A stretch of 63,117 nt of DNA, counting the filler, from Folioceros fuciformis (Eukaryota): assembly GCA_049999805.1 (NCBI GenBank). It is 17 parts of 17 records of this genome, joined end to end, with 100 filler letters (N's around TTAATTAATTAA, not from the genome) between each part and the next. Parts side by side here need not be neighbours in the genome. Positions count along the whole stretch, not along the records: positions 1 to 9,830 come from JBNGIO010006831.1; positions 9,931 to 15,522 come from JBNGIO010006832.1; 15 more parts are not named here. One strand, written 5' to 3'. How positions within the stretch are numbered: position 1 is the first letter of the stretch; each line of letters starts with the position of its first letter. The translations under genes were made by a program, and so were the position numbers. The notes under the pieces were generated by a model. That model ran no database searches and was not told the DNA's origin. It saw nothing but the letters and a program-made list of their open reading frames with translations. Positions 1 through 13,700 of this stretch are shown here, in pieces.

Positions 1-2025
1 TTTCGGAGACTCAAAGCCAGTACGACGAAATTGAGGTAGTTGCAGGCCCTCCGGTCTGAACCCATAGGCAGATCTTGAAGTGGAGTTGGGGTCAGTCTAT
101 TTCTCAAGAGCTGGTGACCATCTCCTTGTTGTCATTCGTATCACAGGATGTATCGGAGGAACAACAACGCGGTTTTGACATGTTCATGTCCAAGAATGGT
201 GCTCTTCCACGCACACTGTCAGACATGGTGATGGAACGGTTGCGCGATAAAAATGCTGGCCTTGTTGATGAAGCAAGTACGTGATCTCTGTCTCTCAGGC
301 TGTAGACTGGGTGGTGCTGACAAGTGAAGCTGGATATTGCATGCCTGTTTTCCGTGTTCTTGGCATGCGGAATTTATGGACTAAAACTTGGGTTGCTTGT
401 TATGGCAGGTGGTGAAAGAGCTATTCCAGGGGTTGACGATAGTATTCTGGAGGTCTACAGATGGTAAGCGTGGCTAACTTGTGATTCATATGGTTTTGAG
501 GATCAATTAAGGTGATGCTGCGCTGAGCTGCTGACTATTTGATTTGCTGCTTGCAGTGTGGGCAAGGTCCTCAGCAGGTTCACCACGGGCAAAGTCCCCA
601 AGGCTTTTAAGGTTCTGCCGAGCTTGAAGAATTGGCAAGAGTTGTTGTATGTGACAGAGCCTGAAAAGTGGTCGCCCCATGCCATGTATCAAGCCACCAG
701 AATATTTGCATCAAACTTGAATCCCAAGATGGCTCAAGTCTTTTATGATTTAGTGTTGTTACCCCGGTTGCGGGCTGACATCAGGACACACAAGCGCCTG
801 CATTTTGCACTCTACCAAGCTGTCAAGAAGTCTGTGTATAAACCAGCAGCCTTCTTCCAAGGCATCATCTTTTCACTTTGCCATGTGAGTAATTCACACG
901 ATTCAGCTACACCCCCATGTCCACAACTTGTGAGAGTTATTGCTGATCTGATTCGATTTCGGTCATTCGCAGTCTGGCACATGCACGTTACGTGAAGCTG
1001 TCATCATCGGAAGTGTGATGCAGAAAATGACGATTCCCTCTCTTCACTCCAGGTGAGCTGGTTAAATGCCTTCGTTTTCCTGACCTCTGTGCTCTGTGTA
1101 CGCAAAAATAGTCAGCGTGTTCCTGTTTCTGCTGTGGTGAACAGTGTGGCTCTACTGAAGATTGCTGAAATGGATTACAATGGCACAAATAGGTATGTTC
1201 GCAATAAGTTCAGTCTGTAACTCATGGCCGCTATGTAACCTCCGTATGTTATTTCCTGATGTCGAATTGCTTTCTTCCCCAGTTATTTTATGAAGTTGCT
1301 CATTGACAAGAAGTATTCTCTGCCATATCAAGTCCTGGACTCTCTTGTTGCCCACTTTGCCCGATTCTCGGAAGATGAGAGAGATCTACCTGTTATTTGG
1401 CACCTTTGCCTCCTGTCATTTGTGCAGCGGTAAGAACTATAAAGATGTGTAATGTCGGATAAACAGTGGGTGCTTGCCATCTAAAGTTGTGTGGACTCTG
1501 TCTTGACAGAAAACGGTTGTTGACTGCTATGCATGAGAGAGATTGCTGACCTTGGATATTGATCGGTTTCAGATACAAGCATGAGCTGAGAGAATCTGAC
1601 AAGTGTGAACTTCGACGACTTCTGCAAAGACAGCGTCACTACAAGGTAGTTGCCTCTCCTTTTTGAACTGAAAGGTTTTGTCTCCCCTTCTGTACCATTT
1701 CTCTTGTATATTATCAACTTGGAGTTTGTATCAACGTGTGTCTTGCCATTTGACGAGGTAGGTTACGCCAGAAATAGAACGAGAATTGCAGAGTTCTAGA
1801 ATACGAGGGCAGAAGCAGGTGGATACAGCCATCTCTCAAGGTACCTATCGTCATTTTGAGTTCAGTGTTTGCACATCACAGAACGCTAGCGAACCAATGA
1901 GTTTTATGGACTAAGTTGGAACAATTGCCACTTGTGATTTAGCCCCTGTCGCTACCATCATGGCGAAGTCAGACGAAGATATTTGGAGTCTGCCTGAGGT
2001 TCCCATTGCGATGCAGGAAGAGTAG
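1..2025 (+). CDS. BYSL: Bystin / Enp1 40S ribosome biogenesis factor (multi-exon, 5'-partial)
   Basis: Spliced exons give [92 protein letters not shown] and [19 protein letters not shown] introns. Probable last exon ends EVPIAMQEE*, stop 2023-2025. Confidence 0.93.
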
Positions 2026-2417
2026 CTTTTGTAGAGCTGCGAGAGCGTGTTTACGAACGGTCATACTTTAATTTTCGCTTTCGCTTAGATACTTTTGCTC
2101 AAATTGCGCTGACAATGTGAGGGGTGAGGTCTGCAGAGTTTTGTATCGGTGATTTTGTATACACTATACAATACTTGCGAATCAATTGTCGTGTACTATT
2201 ATCCATAGTTATTCATTTTTGCGCGGGCTAAAATTTTCCAAAGTGAGGAGCAAGTCCACTTTTCCTGAGGAATAGTCAAATACTAAATGATGCGCTGAAA
2301 ATAATAAGCTTGCTAAAGGGAGTGGGGCATTTTACAATGCGCAAAGGCCTGATACCACAACCAGTCCTATCAAAGGTATCCGCCAATAACACTCGAAGGT
2401 TTTCGAGTGCGGTGGTT

Positions 2418-4272
<1,855 letters not shown>

Positions 4273-4424
4273 GGCTGCACCTCCGCCTCCTCCTCTCCCT
4301 CGCGTCTATTCCTGATTCTACGAACGAGTCGGGAATACCAGGTCCTTTCGCTCCTATGCAACCTTGACCTCAGCCTTGCCTGCGCTCCTATCTGTGCCTC
4401 CCTTTTGTTATCCGCCCGATTCCA

Positions 4425-4522
4425 GCCACGTGGATTTTCTCATGGCAGAACTTATTCTCAAGATTCACAGCAAGCTTTCCTGTGTGGTGTTTGGGCATCG
4501 CCCGGAGCCTCACCGCCACGTG
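4425..4522. promoter_or_regulatory. Two G-boxes (GCCACGTG) upstream of the FNR start codon
   Basis: CACGTG at 4427-4432 and 4517-4522, both preceded by GC, 155 and 245 nt upstream of the FNR ATG. G-boxes are typical of light-regulated promoters; function here is inferred. Confidence 0.5.
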
Positions 4523-4538
4523 TCGCTCTCAGGGCTGC

Positions 4539-6258
4539 TCAGTTAAACCACAGCCCATCTGCTTTCAGCTTCCTTACTTCCAGTTTCACAGCCTGGACTG
4601 TGTGCCAGTTGAGAACAGGGGAAAGAAGCGCGGCGGCCAGGCCAGGCCGTCCCGACGCCACAAGCTGCTCAAGCAGCGGAGTTAAAGTCCTCTCATTCAC
4701 CAGGCCACCTAGGGTAAGAAGGAACCACAGGCACTCGTGGAATAGGGTCATCTGGATCATCAGCCGCACGTTGAGATTAGGATGCTTCTTGTAAAAGCGA
4801 ACTCCATTCCGCCCCCTCTGCCGCTCCTGCCACGCGCACCTCCTGTCCGTGAGATCGCGCACACTACGAAGGTCATGCACCAGGAGAAATACTGGCTGCT
4901 ACAGGAGGTGCATGCCCGCCCCTACCTGATCCACAAGCCTAGGGATTTGTTCGCAGGTGAATGCGGGATGCCAGTGGAATCCCACGGCATCGGGGGCCTG
5001 CTGTATTCTTGCCCCTCCGAGCCGCAGCCGTTCTGCAGCACAGGTAGCGATGGTGTTGCGCGCATGCCAAGAAAGTTAGCAAGATTTCATCCACGCATGA
5101 GGGAGATATGAAGGTAATTTGTGTAACGAGCGAGAGTTACCTCCAAGCTCCAGATCTTCCCAGCCATACTCGCTGAAATCGGCATCGAACGGCCCGTCGG
5201 CGGAGGGGCCAAGCAGCTTCCATGCCTCGTACAGCCGTCTGCGGGAAATTGCCACGTTGCCGGTGGCGAAGAAGGCGGCAGATATGTCCTGCGTCAGCAT
5301 CAAGATCCAGTTCTGGCCCGGTGAGCTTGATTCGTCAAGAGCCATCGGTACTGATAACAACGAGCGGCACATACTGTTAGCTTGAATGGCTCGGATGTTG
5401 GACTATCGAAGTTGGCAGTGTTGACGACACGGCCGTATGTGAAGGCGCGATCATCTTCATCCCTGGAGAACGCTTCCTTGAGAGCATCGGAATGCGATCT
5501 CAAGAAATGTTCCGTCACCACCAGGTCGGAGTCTACGAAGACGATGGTGGCACCTCGAGCGAAGCGGAGTCCAAGATTTCTTGCCTTCGTCGCACCTGCA
5601 GCCCTTGCAACAGTCTGAGCTACGATTTGCGAATGGAAGGAGTAAGGATCTCATAGTTGACCTCCAAGACCATACCGGCATGCTGTTGTCTTAGAACCCT
5701 GACGTGAGTGTATCGCTTGCTTGGCTGCGGTAGAGCGAAAGCATTGTGACCATCTTCCTCATTGCACAAGAGGAAATGAACAGTCCCGTCAGAAGATCCG
5801 TCATCCACGACAATAATTTCGTAACTCCTAATTCCGTTCTCTTCGAATCCTGTCTGCCCCTCCAATGCCTCCAAGCACTTCGTGAGAATCGGAAGCCTGT
5901 TGAACGTCGGAACAATGACACTCCACACCCCTAGTTCTCCCTCTTGCGCACCCAGCAAAGGATTGCACTTCTGTGTTCCTCCTGCATCCGCAACTTCGTG
6001 AGCTATCTTGGACGAGCAACTCGTGACCAGCGGAAACCCGGTTCTGCCACTTGGCCTAATCAAGACGGCTAAACCACGCCTACAAACATGCAACCACCCG
6101 GAACAGCGATGGAGCTGGGAGCCGAACACGTTGACAGCATTGCCCCGCCTGAGAATGCCAGCCAAGCCGGGGAAGCCACTGCTGGGTGGCCCAGGGAAAC
6201 CGCAGAGACAAGACCATGGTACTGCTAAGGGTGAACGAGCACAACACACGAAAATCAT
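4539..6258 (-). CDS. Family 2 glycosyltransferase of cyanobacterial type, probably plastid-targeted
   Basis: Five exons: SVIVPTFNRLPILTKCLEAL..YEIIVVDDGSSDGT, IVFVDSDLVVTEHFL (DxD), AAFFATGNVAI..YGWEDLELG, AVGFHWHPAF, RGRNGVRFYKKHP..VRLMIQMT. About 110-aa N-terminal extension. Exact start codon uncertain. Confidence 0.85.
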
Positions 6259-6463
6259 CTGAGCTCAAGGAGAGGACTTGACTTTTGCAATCCTCTGGCA
6301 TTAAAGCAACCCCTGAGTATATATGCGTGGTAGCGGTGTTAATTTTTGTGCCTGGTTAGGTCTGTCCGAGAGCCCTAAGGTATTAGTTCTATGATACAGT
6401 CGTGAGACTTGGGATGCTACGGGCAAGGCTGTTAATCTGTGGGTTGTTGGGAGCACCGTGAGA

Positions 6464-9211
6464 ATGGGAGGCTTCTCGCTTGAGTGTGGTGATTGCAATG
6501 TGCAATTTCGAGATGTGAAGGAAGCCCAGGAGCACGCGGAGCTCACGGGACACTTCAACTTTCAGGAGTCGACTCAGCCGGTTTGTCGTCTCGCTTCCAT
6601 ATGTGACTACTGTGAATTCTGGGGGGGGGGGGCAGGGAGACAAAGGAGCTCCCTGAAGTAGGTCACGGAGTCTTTTGTGGGGCCGATCCTCGCCTCTTTA
6701 TGTCTGTCTCGAAAGGTTTTTGCCTGTGTTATGGGCAGTGTGTGAGACGCACTGCTGTGGATGCCTCGTTAGGTCATGGCAACCGCTGTTTCATTCGGGG
6801 AGAACAACAGGGATAGCATATGCTCCATCTAGGATGTGGACACCTGTTCTAATTCCCTTTTTGTGCCTACACGTTTCCAGGTCCTCAACCTTGTGTGCAG
6901 TGATTGTGGAAAGCCTTGCCGCACGGAGACAGTAAGTTGTCTTGTCTGGTACTTGTGCTTCTCCTCTAGCTGCTGCATACAGAGCGAAGAGATACTGAAC
7001 TGCGGAAACATTGATGCTGACCAGGAGAGGGATCTACACACAAAGAGATCTGGGCATGCTAACTTCACGGACAAAACTGCGGAGTCAGCCAAGCCTATTG
7101 ACCTTGATGCTGCTCAGTTAGGACTAAATTCTTCGGCAAGTGGAGCTGGCTCTGCAGATGGGGATAATCCAGGTACTGCTTGCCCTTTGAGGTCATTGTG
7201 GAGCCAAGTACGGGGAATTCATCCTTGTTTGTGTACTGACTGTTCTTCGTTGCGGCAGTAGATATGATAATTCCTGAGGTCAACAAAGAACTGCTTGAGC
7301 AGATGGAGGGCATGGGTTTTCCCATTGCTCGTGCCACACGAGCCATTTACTTCTCTGGTACCAAGATTTGCTGACTGTGCCTTCGTCCTTTCTGCTACAA
7401 TCATGCCCGTGAGGGTGGTTGTAGGGCACCAAAGATTGATTGGCTGCTGCTTTGGTTGATGGTAGGTGCCACGGGGCTGGAAGCTGCAGTCAATTGGATT
7501 GTTGATCACGAAGAAGACAAGGACATAGATGAGATGCCCCTGGTATGATTCCACTCTGTCGGTCTGGTAGTTTTTCCACCGCTTGAATTCTTGAAGTAAT
7601 CCCCTCGTAGCACTGTTGTCATCGACTTAGGTGTAGTGTGTCAGATACAACGAGTATAATGCATACCCTCAAGCTATGTTGATAGGCAGTTGAAAGCATC
7701 TGCATGACCCTTCCGCAGCTGTTGTTTGAGGTGCTTGTAGGTCCCAGCAAGTAAAGCGTCCGTTGCAACTTCATCCCTGACTCCTGAGGAGGCTAGGATC
7801 AAAGCACACGAGGTGCGGTGAGTAAAAGGGCAAAAAATACATAAGGCTTACCCTATTCTTCTTTTTGATGTTTCAATGGCTCTTTTCTGAGCAACCCCAT
7901 GATCATAGACCTTGCAAGCTGACTCAGTTTGTTGCAATCAGGGAGCGTGCGCGTAAGAAAAAGGAAGAGGAAGAGAAAAAGCTGGAGAGGGAACGAGAAA
8001 AGGTACGAGCTTAGGTGACGAGAGTTGATCTGTTATTCAAGGTGCACAAAAGGTGATGTCTGCTTAACAGATGGCCATATTGCAGGAGCGCCTTCGTGTT
8101 GGTCGAGAGATGCTGCAAGCGAAACGCATGGAGGAGGACAACGAAAGAAAACGGTTTGCACTACTCTCTGATGGACTACGCCTCTGTAGCCACGCTCATA
8201 ATTGTGTACATTTGAGGAAGGGATGCTGATCTTGTTACACTGTCGTTGCCCTGCCCTTACAGCTTAGCATTGTATCGGAAACAGGAGAAAGAGGAGGAGA
8301 AGCGAGCCAGAGAGAAAATCCGCCAAAAGCTTGAGGAAGATAAGGTAGGTGGATTTTCGTGTACTTCCTTACTCTCTCTCTCTTTTGTTGTAATGCATTG
8401 GTGCCACACTTTTGGTTTTCCCCTCGTTGGGTACTGAACAGGCGGAGAGACGACGGAAGTTGGGATTGGGTCCAGAAGAACCAAAAGCAGCAGATGCTGC
8501 CCCGGCTCCTCCGGAACCAGAGAAGAAAAAGGTGAGCTGTGTGAAGAAGTTGAGCGGTGGCATGAATGAGGTCTTGTAGCTTCGTGAATCTCTAACACGC
8601 ACAATACTAAACATCTACAGTTGAAAGTGCAGAGCTCTGTGACTGTAAAATCAGCAACCAGAGCAGAGGAGATGCGCAACTGTCTGAGGTCCTTGAAACA
8701 AACCCAGAAGGTAAAGGTGGACTTGTCACTCACTGCCATTGGATTGCGCTGTGCTGCTCCTGAAGGAGTCGGAGAGCTTCCAAGCATATTAAGGTGGTGG
8801 GGGGAGAAGCAGTATCAGGGTGTAACGTGACACGATGCAGGATGACGATGCCAAGGTGAAACGGACATTCCAAACATTGCTCACATACGTAGGGAACGTT
8901 GTGCGCGCTCCAGAAGAGGAAAAGTTCCGCAAAGTCCGTGTATCCAACCCTGCATTCCAGGTCCGCATTCCTTTCACCAGGTCACGCAATGGTGTGTGAT
9001 TCAGCCCCCAGGATGCCAACAGCTTGTCCCTTTTTGGCAGGAGCGAGTGGGGGCCACGGGCGTGGAATTCTTACAACTTTGCGGGTTCGAGAAGGACAGC
9101 TCTGGTGAATTTTTGATCCTGCACAAGGATAAGATTAACGCTTCGTTGCTCAATACTGCGGGCTCAGAGCTGAACTCTGCGCTTACCAATCCGTTCTTTG
9201 GAGTTCTGTAA
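6464..9211 (+). CDS. C2H2 zinc finger + UBA + coiled coil + PUB domain protein (CDC48/p97 adaptor type)
   Basis: [27 protein letters not shown], second finger [37 protein letters not shown], charged coil, [45 protein letters not shown], ends NPFFGVL*. Confidence 0.92.
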
Positions 9212-9750
9212 AGAGTTCGAATATTCCATGGATAAACGTGAGTTGGTGTCAAGTGGTGATGGAATTTGGTAGCTGCGATTTTGAGCGGATTGTCAAGGAC
9301 GCTTAGTGTTCGTGTTACAGTAGCCATCCGGTCGGGCGAGATGACGTTAGCTGAAGACTGTAGTCTAGCTGGAGTGGAGATGGTGAAAACGTAGAGTCCG
9401 GCTGAAAGGGAGATGTAGTAACTTCCACTTGTCGTAACTTGGGTGGAATGGGGGAAAAGAGTGGAGGACGAGAGGCGAACGCGATTCGCCATGGGCAGTG
9501 GCAGCGGGTGAGTGGAGGGCGCCCATTGGTGGGCGCAGCTCTGTCATCTCCTGACAGAGCTCTGTTGCACGACATGTCTGACACAGGCTTCACTTCAGAT
9601 CATGATTTTATTCTGGGCTGCCGAGCTTTCACAGGCAGGCAGGCAGGCAGGCATCCGAAAAGCAATCCCGTTCCACAGTCCACAGCCCGGCCCTGTGCGC
9701 GCAGTCGACACAGAGCAAGAGCGACCAGTCAGTGTTCCCATCTTGTTCGC

Positions 9751-9830
9751 TCCAGTCCAGTGTCCAGCGTCCAGCGTCCAGTGTCCAGTGTCCAGCGTCC
9801 AGCGTCCAGCGTCCAGCGTCCAGTGTCCAG
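9751..9830. repeat. 7-bp tandem repeat (TCCAGYG)n running into a contig end
   Basis: About 11 units of tccagtg/tccagcg immediately before the N linker. Confidence 0.9.
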
Positions 9831-9930
9831 NNNNNNNNNNNNNNNNNNNNNNNNNNNNNNNNNNNNNNNNNNNNTTAATTAATTAANNNNNNNNNNNNNN
9901 NNNNNNNNNNNNNNNNNNNNNNNNNNNNNN
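9831..9930. other. Artificial contig linker N44-TTAATTAATTAA-N44 (first of 16)
   Basis: Identical 100-nt linkers with stops in all six frames at 9831, 15523, 20278, 21582, 22833, 36350, 38291, 40022, 41892, 48060, 50604, 51840, 54485, 56030, 59266 and 61932. Adjacency across them is not biological. Confidence 0.99.
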
Positions 9931-10243
9931 CACTCGGCCGGTGCCCGAATGCAGGCAGAGTAGAGTACACGACCCGTTGCCCAATGTGCAGGTTCAGCAC
10001 TCCGGAGCCCAGCTCCGTCACCACCCCTACTGCTCCTAAGCCCAACGTCTGCGGCAGGTGCAGGGGCTCCGGGATGCTCACGTCACCGTGCCCTCGGCTC
10101 AGCTGCTCGTCCCACAGGTGCGCTGCAATAGCCGTGTGCCGAACCTCCACCCCCCCGGGGCCCGGCTGTCCCACCTTCACCTCCTCGTACTGCACCGTGC
10201 GACGACCTTCCCTCAGCAAGTGAAGCCTTACAGCCTTCACCAT
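9931..10243 (-). CDS. Quinone oxidoreductase-like (MDR/zeta-crystallin) protein, N-terminal GroES-like part; truncated by contig end
   Basis: MVKAVRLH..VQYEEVKVGQPGPGGVEVRHTAI..LPQTLGLGAVGVVTELGSGVLNLHIGQRVVY follows the QOR N-terminal pattern. Confidence 0.8.
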
Positions 10244-10733
10244 GCTTCTTCCGCTATCGTGCTTCCGTGATCAGCAAACAGCCCACCGCCGCGCGGTCCC
10301 ATCCATTTCAATGATTCCCCCAAGATCACTCCTGCGCGACAAGTGGCCTGGCTACCACGTGGTGCATATCCATGCAAACTGTCAGTATCTCTCCCTGGAA
10401 GTCACTCACCGTCCACTGGCCACCTGTGTGCCCTCCGGGCTCCCTACCCTGCCTGCCTGCCTGCCTTCGAACGACCTCGACCAAGTCCTGGGGTTTATTG
10501 CAAATGATGCGCTCCATAAGCAGCAAGCTGAGCTGAATGTCAGTCAACAAAGAGAGCTCACAGCGCTTTGCACTGCGACAACAAAAAAAACGCTAAGGGA
10601 CATGCCCCTCCAAGGAACGACAAGGCCCGAGACGGACAAGACAGAACCCCCCTGTGTCGACACAAAGACCCGCGACCTAGGCAACAGCTAGCCCTTCCAG
10701 TTCCGCTTCCGCTCCTACTTCCACAATCACAAT

Positions 10734-13700
10734 TCACGGCGAGGGCCTTCGGCGGCGGGGAGCCACGTCGTCATCCCCTTCCCGGCTGCTGGCGTAGGAC
10801 GACTTGAACGTGCTCACCCCGGATGCGACAGCCGGCCCGCTACCCACACCCGCTACAGGGCCTGGACCGAGCCGTGCCTGGCTAAACTTGGATGCAGGCC
10901 TACTCAATATCTCCTCCTCGCGCCGCCGATCCCTGTCGTGAAACAACCGACCTTCTCTCCCGCGCTCTGTCTTCAGAATCCCGGCCAGCTCGCCCTCCCT
11001 TCCCCCGCCGTCCCTGGAATCCAAGCTCGTGACGCCGACAGCCGGCCCCGCTTCCATGCCCATGCCCACGGCCCCAACTCCCACTTCCCCGACGCTGGGC
11101 CCCGGCGCAGCTCCGTCCTGCCGGTGCCGACCTGCCCCAGCCCCAACCCCGGCACCGGCCGGCGGGGACACATGCCTTATGCCCGCCAGCAGCGCCCGGT
11201 CGCGCTCATCCATGAGAGACGAGCCATGTACTACGTGAGGAGACGTCCTCCGAGGCGGAGTCCGTACGTGCCGCGGCGCCCTGTCCCGGTCTCGGTCTCT
11301 GTCGCGCTCCCTCTCCCGCTCCCTGGGCCTGGACTCTACATCCCTCTTGTCGTTCAGCCGCTTCAGCCCTGCTGGCGGCGACCTCTGGTTCCTCGGGGGA
11401 GGCGGTGGCAGCGGAAGCTTGGGAGGAGGCGGCACCGACCTCCGGGCCGGCGACAGCGGCTCCTGAACCAGCCCCGGCGACCTGCTCCGCTTCCTCCCCA
11501 CCACTCCATGCCGTGGCGGGGGCGGCGACCGAGAGCGCGACCGGGACCTGGATCTGGACCTCATCGGGCTGTGGATGTAACGCCCGCGCGGCCGATTCAG
11601 AGGGGGCGAAGGGCTCCGTTCCCGCCGCATCCAGTGGTGGTGATGGTTGTTGTTGCTCTCCGGCGGGAACTCCTCCAGTCTGGAACCCGCGGCAGGGAAG
11701 GGAGGAATTCCTCTTCCGTAGGGCGGCCCGTCGAAGTTCTCCATCATAGGCCCGCGGCCTCCTCTCCCGCCCGGCGCGCCCCGGCCAGGCATGCCCATGC
11801 CGACTCCGACTCCTACCCCGGGACCAACGCCCATGCCCATTCCAGGCCCCATGCCCATTCCCACATTCATGCCCATCCCGGGCACCATCCCCATTCCCCG
11901 GCTCAGGCCCACCCGCATTCCCACGCCCATTCCGGGCCCCACGCCCATGCCCATCCCCGGGCCCCTGAACATGCCGGGCCCCAGGCCCCTGCCTCCTCGC
12001 CCGCCCCTGCTTCCCCCGGGACTCTCTGGTTTGGTGATGGTGCCGTCGGGAGCCACCACGAAGCCGCTGCTCTCCACCTTGGCGGCAGCCACAGCCGCGG
12101 CGTTGGCAGGGCCCCGAGGCCCCGGCCCTCCAAATCCTATGTCGAAGCGGCCTGGAGGAGGAGACGGGTGCCTGGCCGGACCCCATGGCCCGTTGGGTCC
12201 ATCCATCCAGGGTCCCCTGCCCCGCCCACCTGCTGGAGATCCTCCCCTGCCTCGGCTCCTGCCTCTGCCCATCTCTCTCGGGGAAGATACTCGAGGGCTC
12301 ATCTCCAGAGCCTCCTCCACTCTGCAGAAAGACCGCCCTGAATTTGTTAGGACACATTTCAATCTCCACAACCTGTGTTCTTTTTTCTGCTCAGCAAAAG
12401 GTGGGTGAGGGTGTCAGCTAGCTTCATCCACTGGCAACGCTTAACGTTAGTCGACTACTCACCGGCGCCCTCGTGTGCCGTCATCTCTTGCCCAAGGACC
12501 ATCATCACCTCTGCCCCTTTCCCCTATAGGTTCCAAGCGTGCGGATGCTGCCCTCCCTGGACCACTGAACCTGCTGCTCGCAGGGGCGGCCGGGCTGCTA
12601 CCTCGTCCTATGGGACCACTCCATAACGACGGCCGGCTGACTCGCCCTGGATCCTTCACGGCCCTTAATGCATCTGCAGGAGACTCGAAGCCCTCGGGGA
12701 GCTGGTCCCAGCCCGTTGATTTCATCCGTGATGGCCCCTCCGCCGCCCGCTTGCCGTAGGGAGGGCCCGCTGCAGGCACATCTCGGCTTCCTTGGCTCCA
12801 TTTTTCCTCCCTCCTGTGACTACCTTCCTTCGGCTTGCGATCCGTCAGAGCAGGGCTGAACCCAGTGTTGTCGGAGGGTTTGCTTAACCTGTCTTCAGAT
12901 ATTCTACCTGTTGCCATCCTCCCTACAGCTGTGCCACTCATCTGCATACGCTTTTCCGCTCCGGCATCCGCTGAAGCATCAAACCTTCCCTTCCCATCCC
13001 TCAGGTTTGTCTCGCGAGGGGCTAAATCCCCTCCGGCGCTCGACTTCAACCTCCGGGTGGGCCTCGACTCCACACCCTCCCCCGTGCTTACGGCCTGCTC
13101 ATCTCCTCTCCACCGAGACTCTGCTTGCTGGGCACCGGATCCCCTTTCGTCAGCCTCTCCTCCCATGTCGTTGATGTCAGAATCCCCATAGTCGACATGC
13201 TCCGCTTCGAATTCTTCTGGTTCAACAGAGAGATTCCAATTCTCTGAACTCCTCCCAGGACCCTCCGCCGGCGGAAGGGATGTGTCGGCACCTCTCTCAG
13301 GGACCTTGGCCCCACCCACCTTGTCACCGTCCAAGACCGGGTCATCCTCTTCGTCGAACTCATGCTCATCAAACTCTATTGACTCGGTGATGTCCACGCG
13401 CTGTGCATCAGCTGATGACTCCCTCTCTGCATGCCCGCTAACCTCACTCCTCACATTGCTGTCTTGGTCCGTCTCCGACTTCGACTTTGCTTCCGCCCTG
13501 CCTTGCTGCTTCTGCCTGTGGAAGCCGTTACCACAATCCGCCTCAGGCTGACGAGCACCACTCACCACCCCATCTCCTTCCTCTGTGGGCCCTTCCCATT
13601 CGGCCATGTCCATATTCAGGTCCCAATGAAACCGTGCGTCTCGACTGCTGGCTCTCTCGAAGGACCCATCGCGCTCCTTCTCGTCCACGACTTGAGAACT

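Noticed and set aside
10938-12408. Long antisense and alternative-frame ORFs (467, 387 and 205 aa) over the low-complexity gene
   Set aside because: Expected shadows of very GC-rich, repetitive, stop-poor codons; no recognisable domains.
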